Source of the DNA: a virus
Lineage: Duplodnaviria > Heunggongvirae > Uroviricota > Caudoviricetes
Reading direction: 5' to 3' (one strand)
DNA: 64,000 bases
IMG/VR virus record: IMGVR_UViG_3300006201_000003
Coordinates: 64,095-128,094 of that record
The translations under genes and the position numbers were made by a program. Shown one piece after another: positions 20,731 to 30,356 of this stretch (within the stretch, counting starts at the first letter, position 1; every line of letters starts with the position of its first letter). Under the pieces are notes generated by a model, which saw only the letters and a list, made by a program, of their open reading frames with translations, made no database searches and had not been told where the DNA came from.

Positions 20731-20934
20731 TTATCTCCTCTCGTTTTTGTTAAAATATTTTTTGATGAAGTCAAGCATCTCATCTTCTTCTGGGAAGAAT
20801 GGATCTCGTTTCGTAGATTGCATTGCACTGAGAATATTTGACATCAGTTGACCAAATCGCCAATCTGGAGCATTTGTGGCCCAAATTTCCGCCAACTGGT
20901 AGCAAAACTCGTAAATGCGCTTTGGATCTCTCAC
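20731..20934 (-). CDS. Hypothetical small protein.
   Basis: 67-aa ORF. Confidence 0.4.
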   Translation of the reverse strand: MRDPKRIYEFCYQLAEIWATNAPDWRFGQLMSNILSAMQSTKRDPFFPEEDEMLDFIKKYFNKNERR

Positions 20935-20943
20935 ATCAACACC

Positions 20944-21342
20944 TCATTCCAAATAGGAAAGCTCTTGGCGAATATCGTCTGGCACGTTTCCGCTCCACAC
21001 ATATGAGTTCTCAAGAATAAAGTTGTTATAGGTAGCTTCTGTTTTGTTCGCCCGCATTTTAGCCTGCTCTGCCCAACTTTGTTTTTCCTTATTGTCGCTG
21101 TCTCTGTATTGCTCATAAGTCAGTCGATCGGCTTCATATGAGGAAATCATAGAGCGACAGGTGTCCTCCACCTTTTTACGGGTATTGTAATTAGTGGCAT
21201 CATCAACCTTTTGGACAGATCCAAACCACAAATTCCATGCAGCACGGCCAGCATGGGTGAAACTGACCCATGATCCAAACCCAATCATCATTGCCAGAAC
21301 TATGGATACTACAATGACGAGTTTCTTCTCTTCAGACGACAT
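20944..21342 (-). CDS. Membrane protein.
   Basis: 132 aa with an N-terminal TM helix. Confidence 0.5.
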   Translation of the reverse strand: MSSEEKKLVIVVSIVLAMMIGFGSWVSFTHAGRAAWNLWFGSVQKVDDATNYNTRKKVEDTCRSMISSYEADRLTYEQYRDSDNKEKQSWAEQAKMRANKTEATYNNFILENSYVWSGNVPDDIRQELSYLE

Positions 21343-21343
21343 A

Positions 21344-21925
21344 TCAGTTGTCCTCCTGAATCAGTACCGTAGGTGCGTCCAACTCAAACGGAATATCAGA
21401 ATACAGATAAATCCCCGTCCACTCAATATACTTGCCGTCTGGTGTGAAGAAGAAAATGCCATTATCGTTCTCGCCATAGGAACCGTCCACATCCGCAAGC
21501 TCCGTGTTGATAGTGTAATATCCAGGAGTACCACCACCGCCGTGTGTCTCTACATAATCCGGGCTGAGAAAGCTGTTCAGACTGGAAACCTTACCGTCCA
21601 CAATGAAGCGTCCAACAACTCCGCCAGCTTCTGTAAACAGAACAATATATCCCAGAGGCTTCTCCACGGCACAGGTCAAAGTATTGGCTTTTTCACGCTG
21701 ACCGTTTACCCAGTAGGATCGACGGATTAAATTGTAGCGCTCCAAGGAATAGTCGATATCTGTTGGCGTTTTCTGGCTGGATGTCAGCTTATCAGTAATC
21801 GTTTCAGTATCCTTAATATTGTTCTCTGAACCCTTGTTGTACCCGCCATCGACAGGCATGGAGCCGCAGGAGCACAGCGATGCAACCAACACAACGGACA
21901 GAATAAATGCAATAATCTTTTTCAT
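21344..21925 (-). CDS. Lipoprotein.
   Basis: 193 aa; signal peptide with lipobox LCSCGS. Confidence 0.6.
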   Translation of the reverse strand: MKKIIAFILSVVLVASLCSCGSMPVDGGYNKGSENNIKDTETITDKLTSSQKTPTDIDYSLERYNLIRRSYWVNGQREKANTLTCAVEKPLGYIVLFTEAGGVVGRFIVDGKVSSLNSFLSPDYVETHGGGGTPGYYTINTELADVDGSYGENDNGIFFFTPDGKYIEWTGIYLYSDIPFELDAPTVLIQEDN

Positions 21926-22052
21926 AGAAATTTCCTCACTTTCTTTGTTTATTCACATGATACACCGATATACTCAAGCACTTTCCGCATACCAAGGCCG
22001 TGTTCTTCCCACGGCCTCATGCAGTAATTCCAGAGTTTTGGATGTGTGATTT

Positions 22053-22904
22053 TTAGACGCTGGAAGCGGTTCGGAGACTTTTCCAAATGAGCGCCAAAGG
22101 CACAAAAGACACAGCCAGTACGATGCTCTCCTGTTGTCGTCCACCCCCCCCATCAGTCTTGACAATTTCACCATAGACTGGTGCATACGGAACTTTGTAA
22201 GTATAAAGATATTCAAGCACATCAGCCTCTGTCCAAAACGACATTGGCTGAGAACTTGGCTTTTTACCAGAGAAAGCATTGCATCCTTGCCGCAACCATG
22301 TAGATCGGCGGGATCTGCTCTCCTCTGTCATTGTGGCAATAATAGGATATCTGCCAGTTTCTTTTGCGTACTTCTTCATAGGTTTCTTCTTCATCACATC
22401 ACAACATCTGGAAGAAACCTTAAATGGTGCGTTCAGCAAATAGCACCACTTCTCACAGTTAAACTCTGATGGAGTCCCGTTACTCCGCATAATCTCTCCA
22501 TGCAGTTCTCTCCATCGAAACGATCCAGGCTTATGACCATACTCAACTGTGTTTGCTACACGCTTAGAGACAACAGGGTATCCATATACCTCAATGACCT
22601 TACGGAAATTCATTTCTGGTCGTACAACAGTCACGTTTTCACGGCTCATAGCAAACTGTCTGACCTCTGGAAATTCAAGACCAGTATCCGAAAACACAGC
22701 TGGTACATCTGGATAAATGCGCCTCACGATGTCAAGAAGTACAGTTGAGTCCTTCCCGCCTGAAAACGCGACATACACTTGCCCGTCATAGTGCTGATAC
22801 CATTCAATAATGCGGGCCGTGGTAATCTGGATTTTACGAGAGAGAGGCAGACGCTGCATCTCTTCCAGCTGTTCTTTGCTATGCAAAACGTCCGCCTCCT
22901 CCAT
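22053..22904 (-). CDS. PAPS reductase-like PP-loop ATPase, probably frameshifted at a homopolymer.
   Basis: AFSGGKDST PP-loop. After the G8/C8 tract at 22144-22151 the called frame gives a low-complexity tail. The frame reached with G9 reads GCVFCAFGAHLEKSPNRFQRLKITHPKLWNYC...EYIGVSCE, a plausible Cys-containing C-terminus ending near 21952. Confidence 0.65.
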   Translation of the reverse strand: MEEADVLHSKEQLEEMQRLPLSRKIQITTARIIEWYQHYDGQVYVAFSGGKDSTVLLDIVRRIYPDVPAVFSDTGLEFPEVRQFAMSRENVTVVRPEMNFRKVIEVYGYPVVSKRVANTVEYGHKPGSFRWRELHGEIMRSNGTPSEFNCEKWCYLLNAPFKVSSRCCDVMKKKPMKKYAKETGRYPIIATMTEESRSRRSTWLRQGCNAFSGKKPSSQPMSFWTEADVLEYLYTYKVPYAPVYGEIVKTDGGGGRQQESIVLAVSFVPLALIWKSLRTASSV

Positions 22905-22986
22905 AATTATTGTGATTGTTTAGAAGTTCCCACAGTATTGCCGCAACAACGAAGCAAGACACGATGAAAACTGCTCCATCCATAAA

Positions 22987-23415
22987 TTACTCCGTACCGT
23001 CTGTCAGTTGGGGTGACTCACCAGGAGCGGGAAGCTGAGGAGTCGCCGTTCCAAGCCAATGGTTAAGTACCTTGTTGTAGGTATTGTCATTACCCATAAA
23101 ACGCTTGAGCATAGCAGCCATCAGACCAGTCTCAGCACTGAACGTGTCTCCAGGCTGGCACTTCACCACCGTCTTGGAACCATCGTCCCAGTAGACGATA
23201 GTAGCTGGGCCGTTGAAAATCACACGCTCAACATTCGGTAGAGCAGGGTTATTCCGCATATGACGAACAGCGGCGTTCCATCCAGCGGTGAAACTGTTTT
23301 GATCAAGTCCAACCGTTACCTTCTTGGGGGGGGTATACGAACCCAACAAGCGAAGCAGATCGGCGTTTACAGGCTGCACCCTAACGCTCCACGGACTGAT
23401 GTGATTGTCTTTCAT
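22987..23415 (-). CDS. Hypothetical protein.
   Basis: 142-aa ORF; contains an in-frame G8 tract at 23325-23332. Confidence 0.5.
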   Translation of the reverse strand: MKDNHISPWSVRVQPVNADLLRLLGSYTPPKKVTVGLDQNSFTAGWNAAVRHMRNNPALPNVERVIFNGPATIVYWDDGSKTVVKCQPGDTFSAETGLMAAMLKRFMGNDNTYNKVLNHWLGTATPQLPAPGESPQLTDGTE

Positions 23416-23444
23416 TGCAATTTCCTCCTTAAATTCAGTGTTTT

Positions 23445-24383
23445 TTAGTGTGCGTGCAGGTCACAATCGTGCAAAATCATAACCTGCGACCAGATATCTT
23501 CACCAAGCAAATCCTTAAATTTTCTCTCAGTTTTGCTCGGATGATCTGACTTTTCCACAGCGAATGGTGCCATATGCCAGCGAATCAAAAGCGCAACCCT
23601 CAGCTGGTCATCCTTGGACAACAAATCAGCGGTGTGAGCAAAACTCTCATAGGCACCAACACGCTCGTGGTTGTAATAGTGGGCAATATCTGTGGGATTT
23701 CCCTTGCTGTCATGGAAAACCTTTGTAAACTCTTTTCCAATATCATGGAGTGCAACTGCTCGGCCAAGAGGAATATCGTTTGCCATATCAGAGTAGTTCT
23801 TGTCAAAATATTCATAGGCCGTCAACATATGCTGTCCAACCGTAAACTCATGGTGAGGGTTGTCGTGCTCCATACCAGCAAGGCGACTCAGCAGGAAGTT
23901 GATGTCGCCAATAAATGGGTCTACATTTTCGATCCAGATATCATCCCACCCCTCGGCTTTCATCGGAATGTCGATATTCTGATACATCCGATGAATTACA
24001 TTCTCAGGCACAGTGCGTTCACGATTGGCGTTATTCTCTACGCATTTAGAATACGGGGTTACCATAAAAACACAGACGGTTTTAAGGCCAGGAATATGCA
24101 GTCCTTTCACCTGTTGCAGAAAAACACGACGGCGCTTATAACTGATATTGGTAGCGTCATATACCACACTCAAGCCAATTTGCAAATCACGGATTACACG
24201 GTCGTGAAGAGTTTGAAACACCAATTCCTGCTGACTCTGATCATCCACATTGTTCAAAAGTTCCTCACGAATTGCGTCGCTGGAGTGGATGACCGCATGG
24301 GACAATTTGTTTTCCGCATACCAAGACTTTCCGCTTCCAGGAAGTCCAACCAGCATGAAGAAATATTGCGTTGACAGGTTCAA
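23445..24383 (-). CDS. Polynucleotide kinase (P-loop) fused to an HD-domain phosphohydrolase.
   Basis: 312 aa; Walker A GLPGSGKS; C-terminal HD motifs (LHDIGK ... HDCDLH). Confidence 0.75.
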   Translation of the reverse strand: MNLSTQYFFMLVGLPGSGKSWYAENKLSHAVIHSSDAIREELLNNVDDQSQQELVFQTLHDRVIRDLQIGLSVVYDATNISYKRRRVFLQQVKGLHIPGLKTVCVFMVTPYSKCVENNANRERTVPENVIHRMYQNIDIPMKAEGWDDIWIENVDPFIGDINFLLSRLAGMEHDNPHHEFTVGQHMLTAYEYFDKNYSDMANDIPLGRAVALHDIGKEFTKVFHDSKGNPTDIAHYYNHERVGAYESFAHTADLLSKDDQLRVALLIRWHMAPFAVEKSDHPSKTERKFKDLLGEDIWSQVMILHDCDLHAH

Positions 24384-24384
24384 A

Positions 24385-25185
24385 CTACTCTCCTCCTTGC
24401 AGTTCCATTAAGAAACATCGTTTAAGAATTTCTACTGTGGCCGTCTGCATCACTTCATTTGCGTGTTCGTTAATGCAAACAGGGGTTGTATCCATGTACT
24501 GCTGTTTATCAGCTTTCATAGAATCAACGGCTTCTTGCATAAGCCGACGCGCTTCTTCCAGAGAGTGACACCCACGTTTTACTTCTACAAGGTAATCGGC
24601 TTGTTTGCTAACCAAGCAATCGGAATATTTTTCGTCGGCCATGTAGCGTGTCATAAATTCACGCATCCGCAAAGCGTGATGGAGCTGCTTGGGATCGTAG
24701 CCAAACCGTTCAATCTTATCAATGGTTGCAGGATATGGATGCTCCATTGCTTTCTGTTTCTCTAATGCCATACCAAGAAGACAGCTCATCCCAGCATAAT
24801 TGTTATAGCGAGCAATGTCCTCTCTGGCGTCCCAAATAGGCTGGAACAAGTCGGCATAAATCGGATTGAGGATGTAATACGGAGTGAAAAGGATCTCGAC
24901 AAAATTCACATTCTGTTTGCGGATACACTCAAACATAAGCCTGATATCCTTAAAATCTACGTGTTCGTCATTCTCCATGATGTGAGTTGTGCTAACGGGT
25001 TTGTGGGTAAGTACAAAGTCGGAGAAACTGGGAAGCACGATTGCCTTTGTATCAATGTCGCTACTCTCATAGTCCAGGCCGTAGTTTTGAGAACCTTGTA
25101 AGAAAATTCCCAACCAATCCTGCCCAGATTCTCGTACAGCGTCCAAATGCTGCTGTAGCCGATTCATAATGCGGTCTTTATTCAT
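24385..25185 (-). CDS. Pol-beta superfamily nucleotidyltransferase (possible tRNA CCA-adding or minimal NTase).
   Basis: 266 aa; GSQNYG...SDIDT is the hG[GS]...DxD NTase signature. Confidence 0.6.
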   Translation of the reverse strand: MNKDRIMNRLQQHLDAVRESGQDWLGIFLQGSQNYGLDYESSDIDTKAIVLPSFSDFVLTHKPVSTTHIMENDEHVDFKDIRLMFECIRKQNVNFVEILFTPYYILNPIYADLFQPIWDAREDIARYNNYAGMSCLLGMALEKQKAMEHPYPATIDKIERFGYDPKQLHHALRMREFMTRYMADEKYSDCLVSKQADYLVEVKRGCHSLEEARRLMQEAVDSMKADKQQYMDTTPVCINEHANEVMQTATVEILKRCFLMELQGGE

Positions 25186-25504
25186 ATGGGCGCTCCTCCT
25201 TTCTCACACAATCTCTGAGAAGTCGTTGGTAAAGGGATGCGTCATAACTCTCCATATCGTCCCAGAACATCAAATGCTCTGAGGTGTATTCCTCTGTGAC
25301 ATCTCCACTCACATCATAAAGGCGTCCACCGATTTCCTGAACAAAGTGATTTTCCACAGGCTCGTACATCATATTGCCGCCAAACCGCTCTTGCAAAATG
25401 AAAGCAAACCAATAACAGCAGCCGTTAAGAAACACGTCCTTAGAGCCTTTGAAGTTCTGGATAAAGCCGAGAATTTCAGCTTTATCCATCGGTTGCCTCC
25501 ACAA
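25178..25504 (-). CDS. Hypothetical protein.
   Basis: 108-aa ORF overlapping both neighbours by a few nt, suggesting translational coupling. Confidence 0.5.
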   Translation of the reverse strand: MWRQPMDKAEILGFIQNFKGSKDVFLNGCCYWFAFILQERFGGNMMYEPVENHFVQEIGGRLYDVSGDVTEEYTSEHLMFWDDMESYDASLYQRLLRDCVRKEERPYE

Positions 25505-26921
25505 CCTCTTCCTGTGCCTCTTCCATATCAGGTGCAGCAGCGGTATCCTTAATCAATCCCTCAAGAGCCTTGAAAGAGAAATTTTTGTGCTTATAAGCAG
25601 CAAACTTTGGGCGATTGACAATGCGGCAAACAACACCTTCACGCACATGGGTTTTGCCTACGGGGTCAGGGCCGTCGTAGAAATCCTCAGCCAGCTTCTT
25701 TACATATTCGCCAGCATCCACCGCCTGGGGAGAACCCACATTATCAGGCAGTTGGAAGAGATCGGGAATGATTGTGCGGCAGAAGAGAGGTACACACTTG
25801 ACGCCCATCTGCTCACAGCGATAACGCATGAAGTCAGGCGAATACTCCACCACATCACCATCTTCGTTGGTCATAGTCATGCGGTAGACATAGAGATCGG
25901 ACTTCGGTACGGGGATAGAGGCCACTCCGCTCTCATCCATAACTGTTTTCTTTCCGGTTGGATCACAGCCATAACTGAAGAAAGTTGTTTTGCCGTACTG
26001 TTTGGTAAACTCCTTATCACCAATCTTGGCGTTGCTTCCAGGAGACATGATAGGTGTGCCATCGTCGGTGAAACCAACCACCTCGTAGTAGACCTCCTCA
26101 CCCTTGCGGAGTTTCCCTTCAAAGACCTTTGCGTGTTGCTCACGGAAAGAATTGCTTCCATAAAAGCCACCGTCGTAACCGTCAAGAACAACCCGCCTCG
26201 TACCAGTAACATATCCCCAGTCATAGATAGGCGTTCTCTTGATTCTGGCGCGGAGCCAATCAGGAGTTTTCTCGCTCTCAAACAGCCGCTTTTCCAAACC
26301 GTTTTTATATTGGTAGCCTTTGAGGATGGGAAGATAGCCGGTGCGCTGGCTGGTGCCGTGCATCTTCAGCGTAATCTCAACCAGATCGCCGTTATGGAAC
26401 GCAGACAAATTGTAGGCAAGCTGCTCTGTATCTGCGTGCTCCAAGAACAGAGGAGAGATTGGATCAGACTTCTTGCGGACACGGCTCCCGCCACGACCAC
26501 CACCAGCTGCTCGTTTGGCCTTTGGAATGTACTTCTCGCAAATTGTGACACCATTCAGCATTGTGATTGTGTCGCCCTCTTTGAGTTGTGTAGTGTCTGT
26601 AAAGCCATCCAGACAGCTAATAGGAAGAAACAAACCGTCACTCTTTTCTCCACGAAGTTTCAGGGCTTTGATGTTTCGCTTCTCAGGATCAAGATATCCA
26701 CCGGCAGGATCTCCGTTCTCATCCTTTCGCCGCAACAGGTCATTCTTTTGTGCAAACTCGACGCCAAGTTTTCCGTCTACCGGAAAGTAAACGCCAAGCT
26801 GGTTGGGGTCGGTGCCAAGATCCACGATTACCGTATTCCCGAAACACTCACCACACATCAGCCGATCAGCGTTGGTGTGCTTGCGCAGATTTTTAATTCT
26901 TGTAACATACGCACAGTACAT
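25482..26921 (-). CDS. ATP-dependent RNA ligase (Rnl2-like) with an N-terminal tRNA-binding OB domain.
   Basis: 479 aa; KHTNADRL resembles the tRNA_bind (Trbp111/EMAPII) HPNADKL motif; ligase motif I KMHGTS (cf. T4 Rnl2 KIHGTN), motif IV EGVV, motif V YKHK. Confidence 0.7.
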   Translation of the reverse strand: MYCAYVTRIKNLRKHTNADRLMCGECFGNTVIVDLGTDPNQLGVYFPVDGKLGVEFAQKNDLLRRKDENGDPAGGYLDPEKRNIKALKLRGEKSDGLFLPISCLDGFTDTTQLKEGDTITMLNGVTICEKYIPKAKRAAGGGRGGSRVRKKSDPISPLFLEHADTEQLAYNLSAFHNGDLVEITLKMHGTSQRTGYLPILKGYQYKNGLEKRLFESEKTPDWLRARIKRTPIYDWGYVTGTRRVVLDGYDGGFYGSNSFREQHAKVFEGKLRKGEEVYYEVVGFTDDGTPIMSPGSNAKIGDKEFTKQYGKTTFFSYGCDPTGKKTVMDESGVASIPVPKSDLYVYRMTMTNEDGDVVEYSPDFMRYRCEQMGVKCVPLFCRTIIPDLFQLPDNVGSPQAVDAGEYVKKLAEDFYDGPDPVGKTHVREGVVCRIVNRPKFAAYKHKNFSFKALEGLIKDTAAAPDMEEAQEEVVEATDG

Positions 26922-26982
26922 TCATTTTCACCTCTTTGATTTAATTCGTCGCTAAATGAAACATAAATTTTATGCAGTCTTA

Positions 26983-28110
26983 TCAATACATAGCCTTTAG
27001 CTTGTGCGCCACCTCTGCAATGGCCTGGGCCGTTTCCACCATTTCGTCTGCCGTGTTTTCATATCCCAACGAAATACGAACGGTTGATGCAACATCTTCA
27101 TCTGACAACCCAATTCCTTTCAGGACATGAGACAAACTTGCGTCCGATGCACTGCAAGCGGAACCAGCAGAAAGATAAATTTCTTTCTGATCCAGCAAAA
27201 GCAACAGAGCCTCGCTATTTACACTGGGAATGGTCAGACTGATAATGTTGTGTGTCCTTTTTTCAGCGGCGTTTTGCTTGTATTCTCCTGGCATCACCTT
27301 GTCCAGTTCTTTCAGCAAAACATATTCCTGCGTGTTCCACTTTTCGATTTGTCTGGGGAGCCGACTTGTGATGATTTCAGCGGCCTTACCAAGCCCCACG
27401 ATACCAGGAACATTATAGGTGCCGGCTCTTATACCGTGCTCCTGACCGCCTCCACTAATCAGAGATTCTTTCTGGACTCCGCTACGCACATAGAACACTC
27501 CGACACCAAACGGTGCGCCAAACTTGTGTCCGGACATGGAGAGGAAATCCACTCCGCACTTCTTCACGTCGATAGGTATATGGCCTGCCGCCTGCACAGC
27601 GTCTACATGAAGGAGTACGCTGTGCTTTTTACAAAGCTCTGCAATTTCCTCAACCGGATTGATTGTACCAATCTCATTGTTGATCCACATTACGGAAACC
27701 GCTTTGTGACAACAGAGATTTAACAGGCGGCTCAAATCTTCCAAATCCACGCTACCATCGGGCAAATTCTTTACATAGGACACCTCATGTGCCCAACTCT
27801 CAAGCGGATGCGTAACGGAATGATGCTCCAAGGGAGTTGTGATGACCCTCTCGCCAAGGATATGGCTGGCGAATGTGTTATTAGATTCTGTACCGCCTGA
27901 TGTAAAGAAAATTTCAGAGACATCGGCGTTAATCATTTTGGCAACCTTTTCACGAGCATCTTCAATGGCTCGAAAAGCGTTTACTCCTTGCGTGTGAATA
28001 CTGCTTGCGTTGCCAACATGATCTGGTTGGAACCAGGGAAGCATAGCCTCCAGAACCTCTGGAAACATAGGTGTCGTTGCTGCGTGGTCTAAGTAAATCA
28101 CGAATTGCAC
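26983..28110 (-). CDS. Class V aminotransferase / cysteine desulfurase (IscS/NifS-like).
   Basis: 375 aa; SGHKFGAPFGVG is the PLP-lysine motif SxHKxxGPxGxG. Confidence 0.8.
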   Translation of the reverse strand: MQFVIYLDHAATTPMFPEVLEAMLPWFQPDHVGNASSIHTQGVNAFRAIEDAREKVAKMINADVSEIFFTSGGTESNNTFASHILGERVITTPLEHHSVTHPLESWAHEVSYVKNLPDGSVDLEDLSRLLNLCCHKAVSVMWINNEIGTINPVEEIAELCKKHSVLLHVDAVQAAGHIPIDVKKCGVDFLSMSGHKFGAPFGVGVFYVRSGVQKESLISGGGQEHGIRAGTYNVPGIVGLGKAAEIITSRLPRQIEKWNTQEYVLLKELDKVMPGEYKQNAAEKRTHNIISLTIPSVNSEALLLLLDQKEIYLSAGSACSASDASLSHVLKGIGLSDEDVASTVRISLGYENTADEMVETAQAIAEVAHKLKAMY

Positions 28111-28192
28111 TCCTCTCTGTAAAAGAGGCTCAGACCGTAGACAGCCAGTGCGCTATACTATCGTTCTGAGCCTCCTTTGATTTCGTTCGTCG

Positions 28193-29803
28193 TTATTCAC
28201 CAACAACAGGGCGCAATGCGTCCTCAATGGGCTGATATCGCTCCGTGTTCAAAGTCTCAAGCAAGCACTCGTAGGGATCGAGCTTGCCGCTCATCACCAT
28301 CTTGGCGATATTGACAGAGAAGCCGCTGACCAGAGCAACGCCCATATCGTTCTCCTTGACAGGAATCGTCTCGCTACGGCTGGCAACATTCCAGAACACC
28401 AGACGAGGCATCTTGTATCCAGCCTGTTCGTACTTCCGCTTGATCTCGTCGAACAGTCTGGCGTTCGGTCTGCTTGTGTTGTACCCCCAGCGATCTCTGG
28501 ACGGCGCTCCACAGCTGGCGCAGGAGTCAAACTCCATGTCGGAAATGATAAGTACATTGGCGGGAAGTTCGCTCTGATCCATGTGCTTGGAGATTGCCGT
28601 GTTCAAGATGAGGTCAAAGACGGCCTCCACATTGGTGTTTGCTCCAGCGTGGCACTCATGGACGATTCTCAACCGCTCATAGAGGTTCTTGCCATTTGAC
28701 AAGTCAATCAGCTCTGGGCGATCAGAGAAAGTGATATACTGATCCTTGAACTGACCAGAAGAACGCTCGGCAAAATAGATTGCGAGTGCGTTCGCTACCT
28801 CCAAGGGGCGGGCCGTGCTACCAGGGAGCGTTACCCATGTCATGCTCCCGCTGTCGTCCTGGACAACAATCGTGTTGCCGCAACCCTGCACGGTATCCGG
28901 CAAGTTACTCCAAAGAGCCTCCAGCGTAGCATCTACACTGTTTGTACGGCGGTACTTGTTCACGATATCGTGAGGGAATAGCGTGCCGGCGTTAATCTTG
29001 GCGTCACCGCTCTCCACACGCTCCAAAAACTCACGCCGCCGCTCAGTGTCATGGCGGAGAAAAGCATCGTTGTAAATCAGGTTAGCACGGGAGGGGACAC
29101 GCTGATAGTCAATTCCATCCCACGTCTGAGAAGACATCTGCTGCTCAACCACGACCAGATAGCGGGACAAATCTGCCAGCGTGTGCTGGTAATCACGCTC
29201 CGTCATATTTAGACCACTCCGCAAAAGCTGCCCATATCTGCGGGTCTGCTTGGAAGATGTCTTACATCTGGGCATCCACTTTGCAAGCAAAGAGATAGGC
29301 TTCTTCTCCTTGTAGCCACGCATATCATCGTGGAGTTGAGTGCCTACCAACTCAATCACCTTGTCGGCCAACGGAGTATCCAGCAAACACCAGAGATCGT
29401 CCCAGCGGCCATACTCAGGCACCAGAGATAAAACTGGAGCGACATACTCAGGGAAGTCATTCGCCATCGGCACCATGCAGGTACGGAACAGCCGCCGCTC
29501 ACCAAGTCCACCACGCACATCGCGGGCGAAGAACAGCCACTTCATGGCCGTCACCTTATCCTCAAAGAACGCCTTGGTGAAACGCTTGGAGATATCATAC
29601 TCCGAAGCATTACGGAGAGATGCGACCGCAAAGTTGAGATCCAGTAGGGAACGACCCGTGGTACGGTAGCCAACTGCTCCATTTTCGGTTACGGATACAT
29701 TATCAGCTCCATTGACGAGCGTATCCTTGATACCATCCATAAAGTTACTCATTTTTCTCTTACCTCCTAATAAATTTTGAGATACCTGGAACACCTTAAC
29801 CAC
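28193..29803 (-). CDS. vWA-domain protein, possibly TROVE/Ro60-like (DUF2828-like).
   Basis: 536 aa; MIDAS motif VVQDDSGSMT in the C-terminal half. Size and layout resemble Ro60/TROVE-type proteins. The vWA call is firmer than the TROVE call. Confidence 0.45.
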   Translation of the reverse strand: MVKVFQVSQNLLGGKRKMSNFMDGIKDTLVNGADNVSVTENGAVGYRTTGRSLLDLNFAVASLRNASEYDISKRFTKAFFEDKVTAMKWLFFARDVRGGLGERRLFRTCMVPMANDFPEYVAPVLSLVPEYGRWDDLWCLLDTPLADKVIELVGTQLHDDMRGYKEKKPISLLAKWMPRCKTSSKQTRRYGQLLRSGLNMTERDYQHTLADLSRYLVVVEQQMSSQTWDGIDYQRVPSRANLIYNDAFLRHDTERRREFLERVESGDAKINAGTLFPHDIVNKYRRTNSVDATLEALWSNLPDTVQGCGNTIVVQDDSGSMTWVTLPGSTARPLEVANALAIYFAERSSGQFKDQYITFSDRPELIDLSNGKNLYERLRIVHECHAGANTNVEAVFDLILNTAISKHMDQSELPANVLIISDMEFDSCASCGAPSRDRWGYNTSRPNARLFDEIKRKYEQAGYKMPRLVFWNVASRSETIPVKENDMGVALVSGFSVNIAKMVMSGKLDPYECLLETLNTERYQPIEDALRPVVGE

Positions 29804-29905
29804 TTTTGCTGTACGTGTTCAGAGATGTGCCCGTCTCTCCGAGCTGTCACCATTTTATCGTTAAATAGGGTGGGAGGAAACGATGGTTTACGTTCCCCTA
29901 TATTG

Positions 29906-30023
29906 TACGGCAGGTAGGATTTGAACCTACGATTGGCGGTTTGGCTTTTTACCTTGCTGTTAGTGAAACTGTAACATTTCACATTTCATTGACCGCTGTG
30001 TTTAACCACTTCACCACTACCGC
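29906..30023 (-). ncRNA. tRNA-like RNA with ~45-nt insert in the anticodon loop (element 1).
   Basis: T arm GTAGG-TTCAAAT-CCTAC; a 7-bp acceptor pairs (with 2 GU); anticodon stem GCGGT/ACCGC flanks a 51-nt loop containing the hairpin GTGAAA...TTTCAC and the conserved TCACTAACAGCAAGGT. No encoded CCA. Confidence 0.5.
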
Positions 30024-30028
30024 ATAGA

Positions 30029-30143
30029 TGCCAGGGGTGGGACTCGAACCCACGACCACGGGATTAAAATTCCTTAAAACATTGCTGTGAGCGTTTCATA
30101 AGATACGCATTGATACGTGCTCTATCCACTGAGCTACCCTGAC
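30029..30143 (-). ncRNA. tRNA-like RNA with insert (element 2).
   Basis: Acceptor GTCAGGG/CCCTGGC, D arm GCTCAGTGGATAGAGC, T arm GTGGG-TTCGAGT-CCCAC; a ~40-nt extra segment carries the hairpin GCGT...ACGC plus TCACAGCAATG. No encoded CCA. Confidence 0.5.
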
Positions 30144-30356
30144 GTTTTGCTTGTCTTTCCAAGCTGTCACAACCCAGTTCAAGATATTTGGGCTGATTAT
30201 CTGGCGCTTGATTTCAGAACAGACATAAGCGTGCCCAAAGCCCTGCCCCTATCCGCTTCTCGGTGGGAACGGAATCCACTTGCGCCTTTTCGTCCGCAAC
30301 CACGCCGGCTTGTTTCTTAGCGACTCGAAAGGATACCGGAAAACAAAGGAGTCTGA

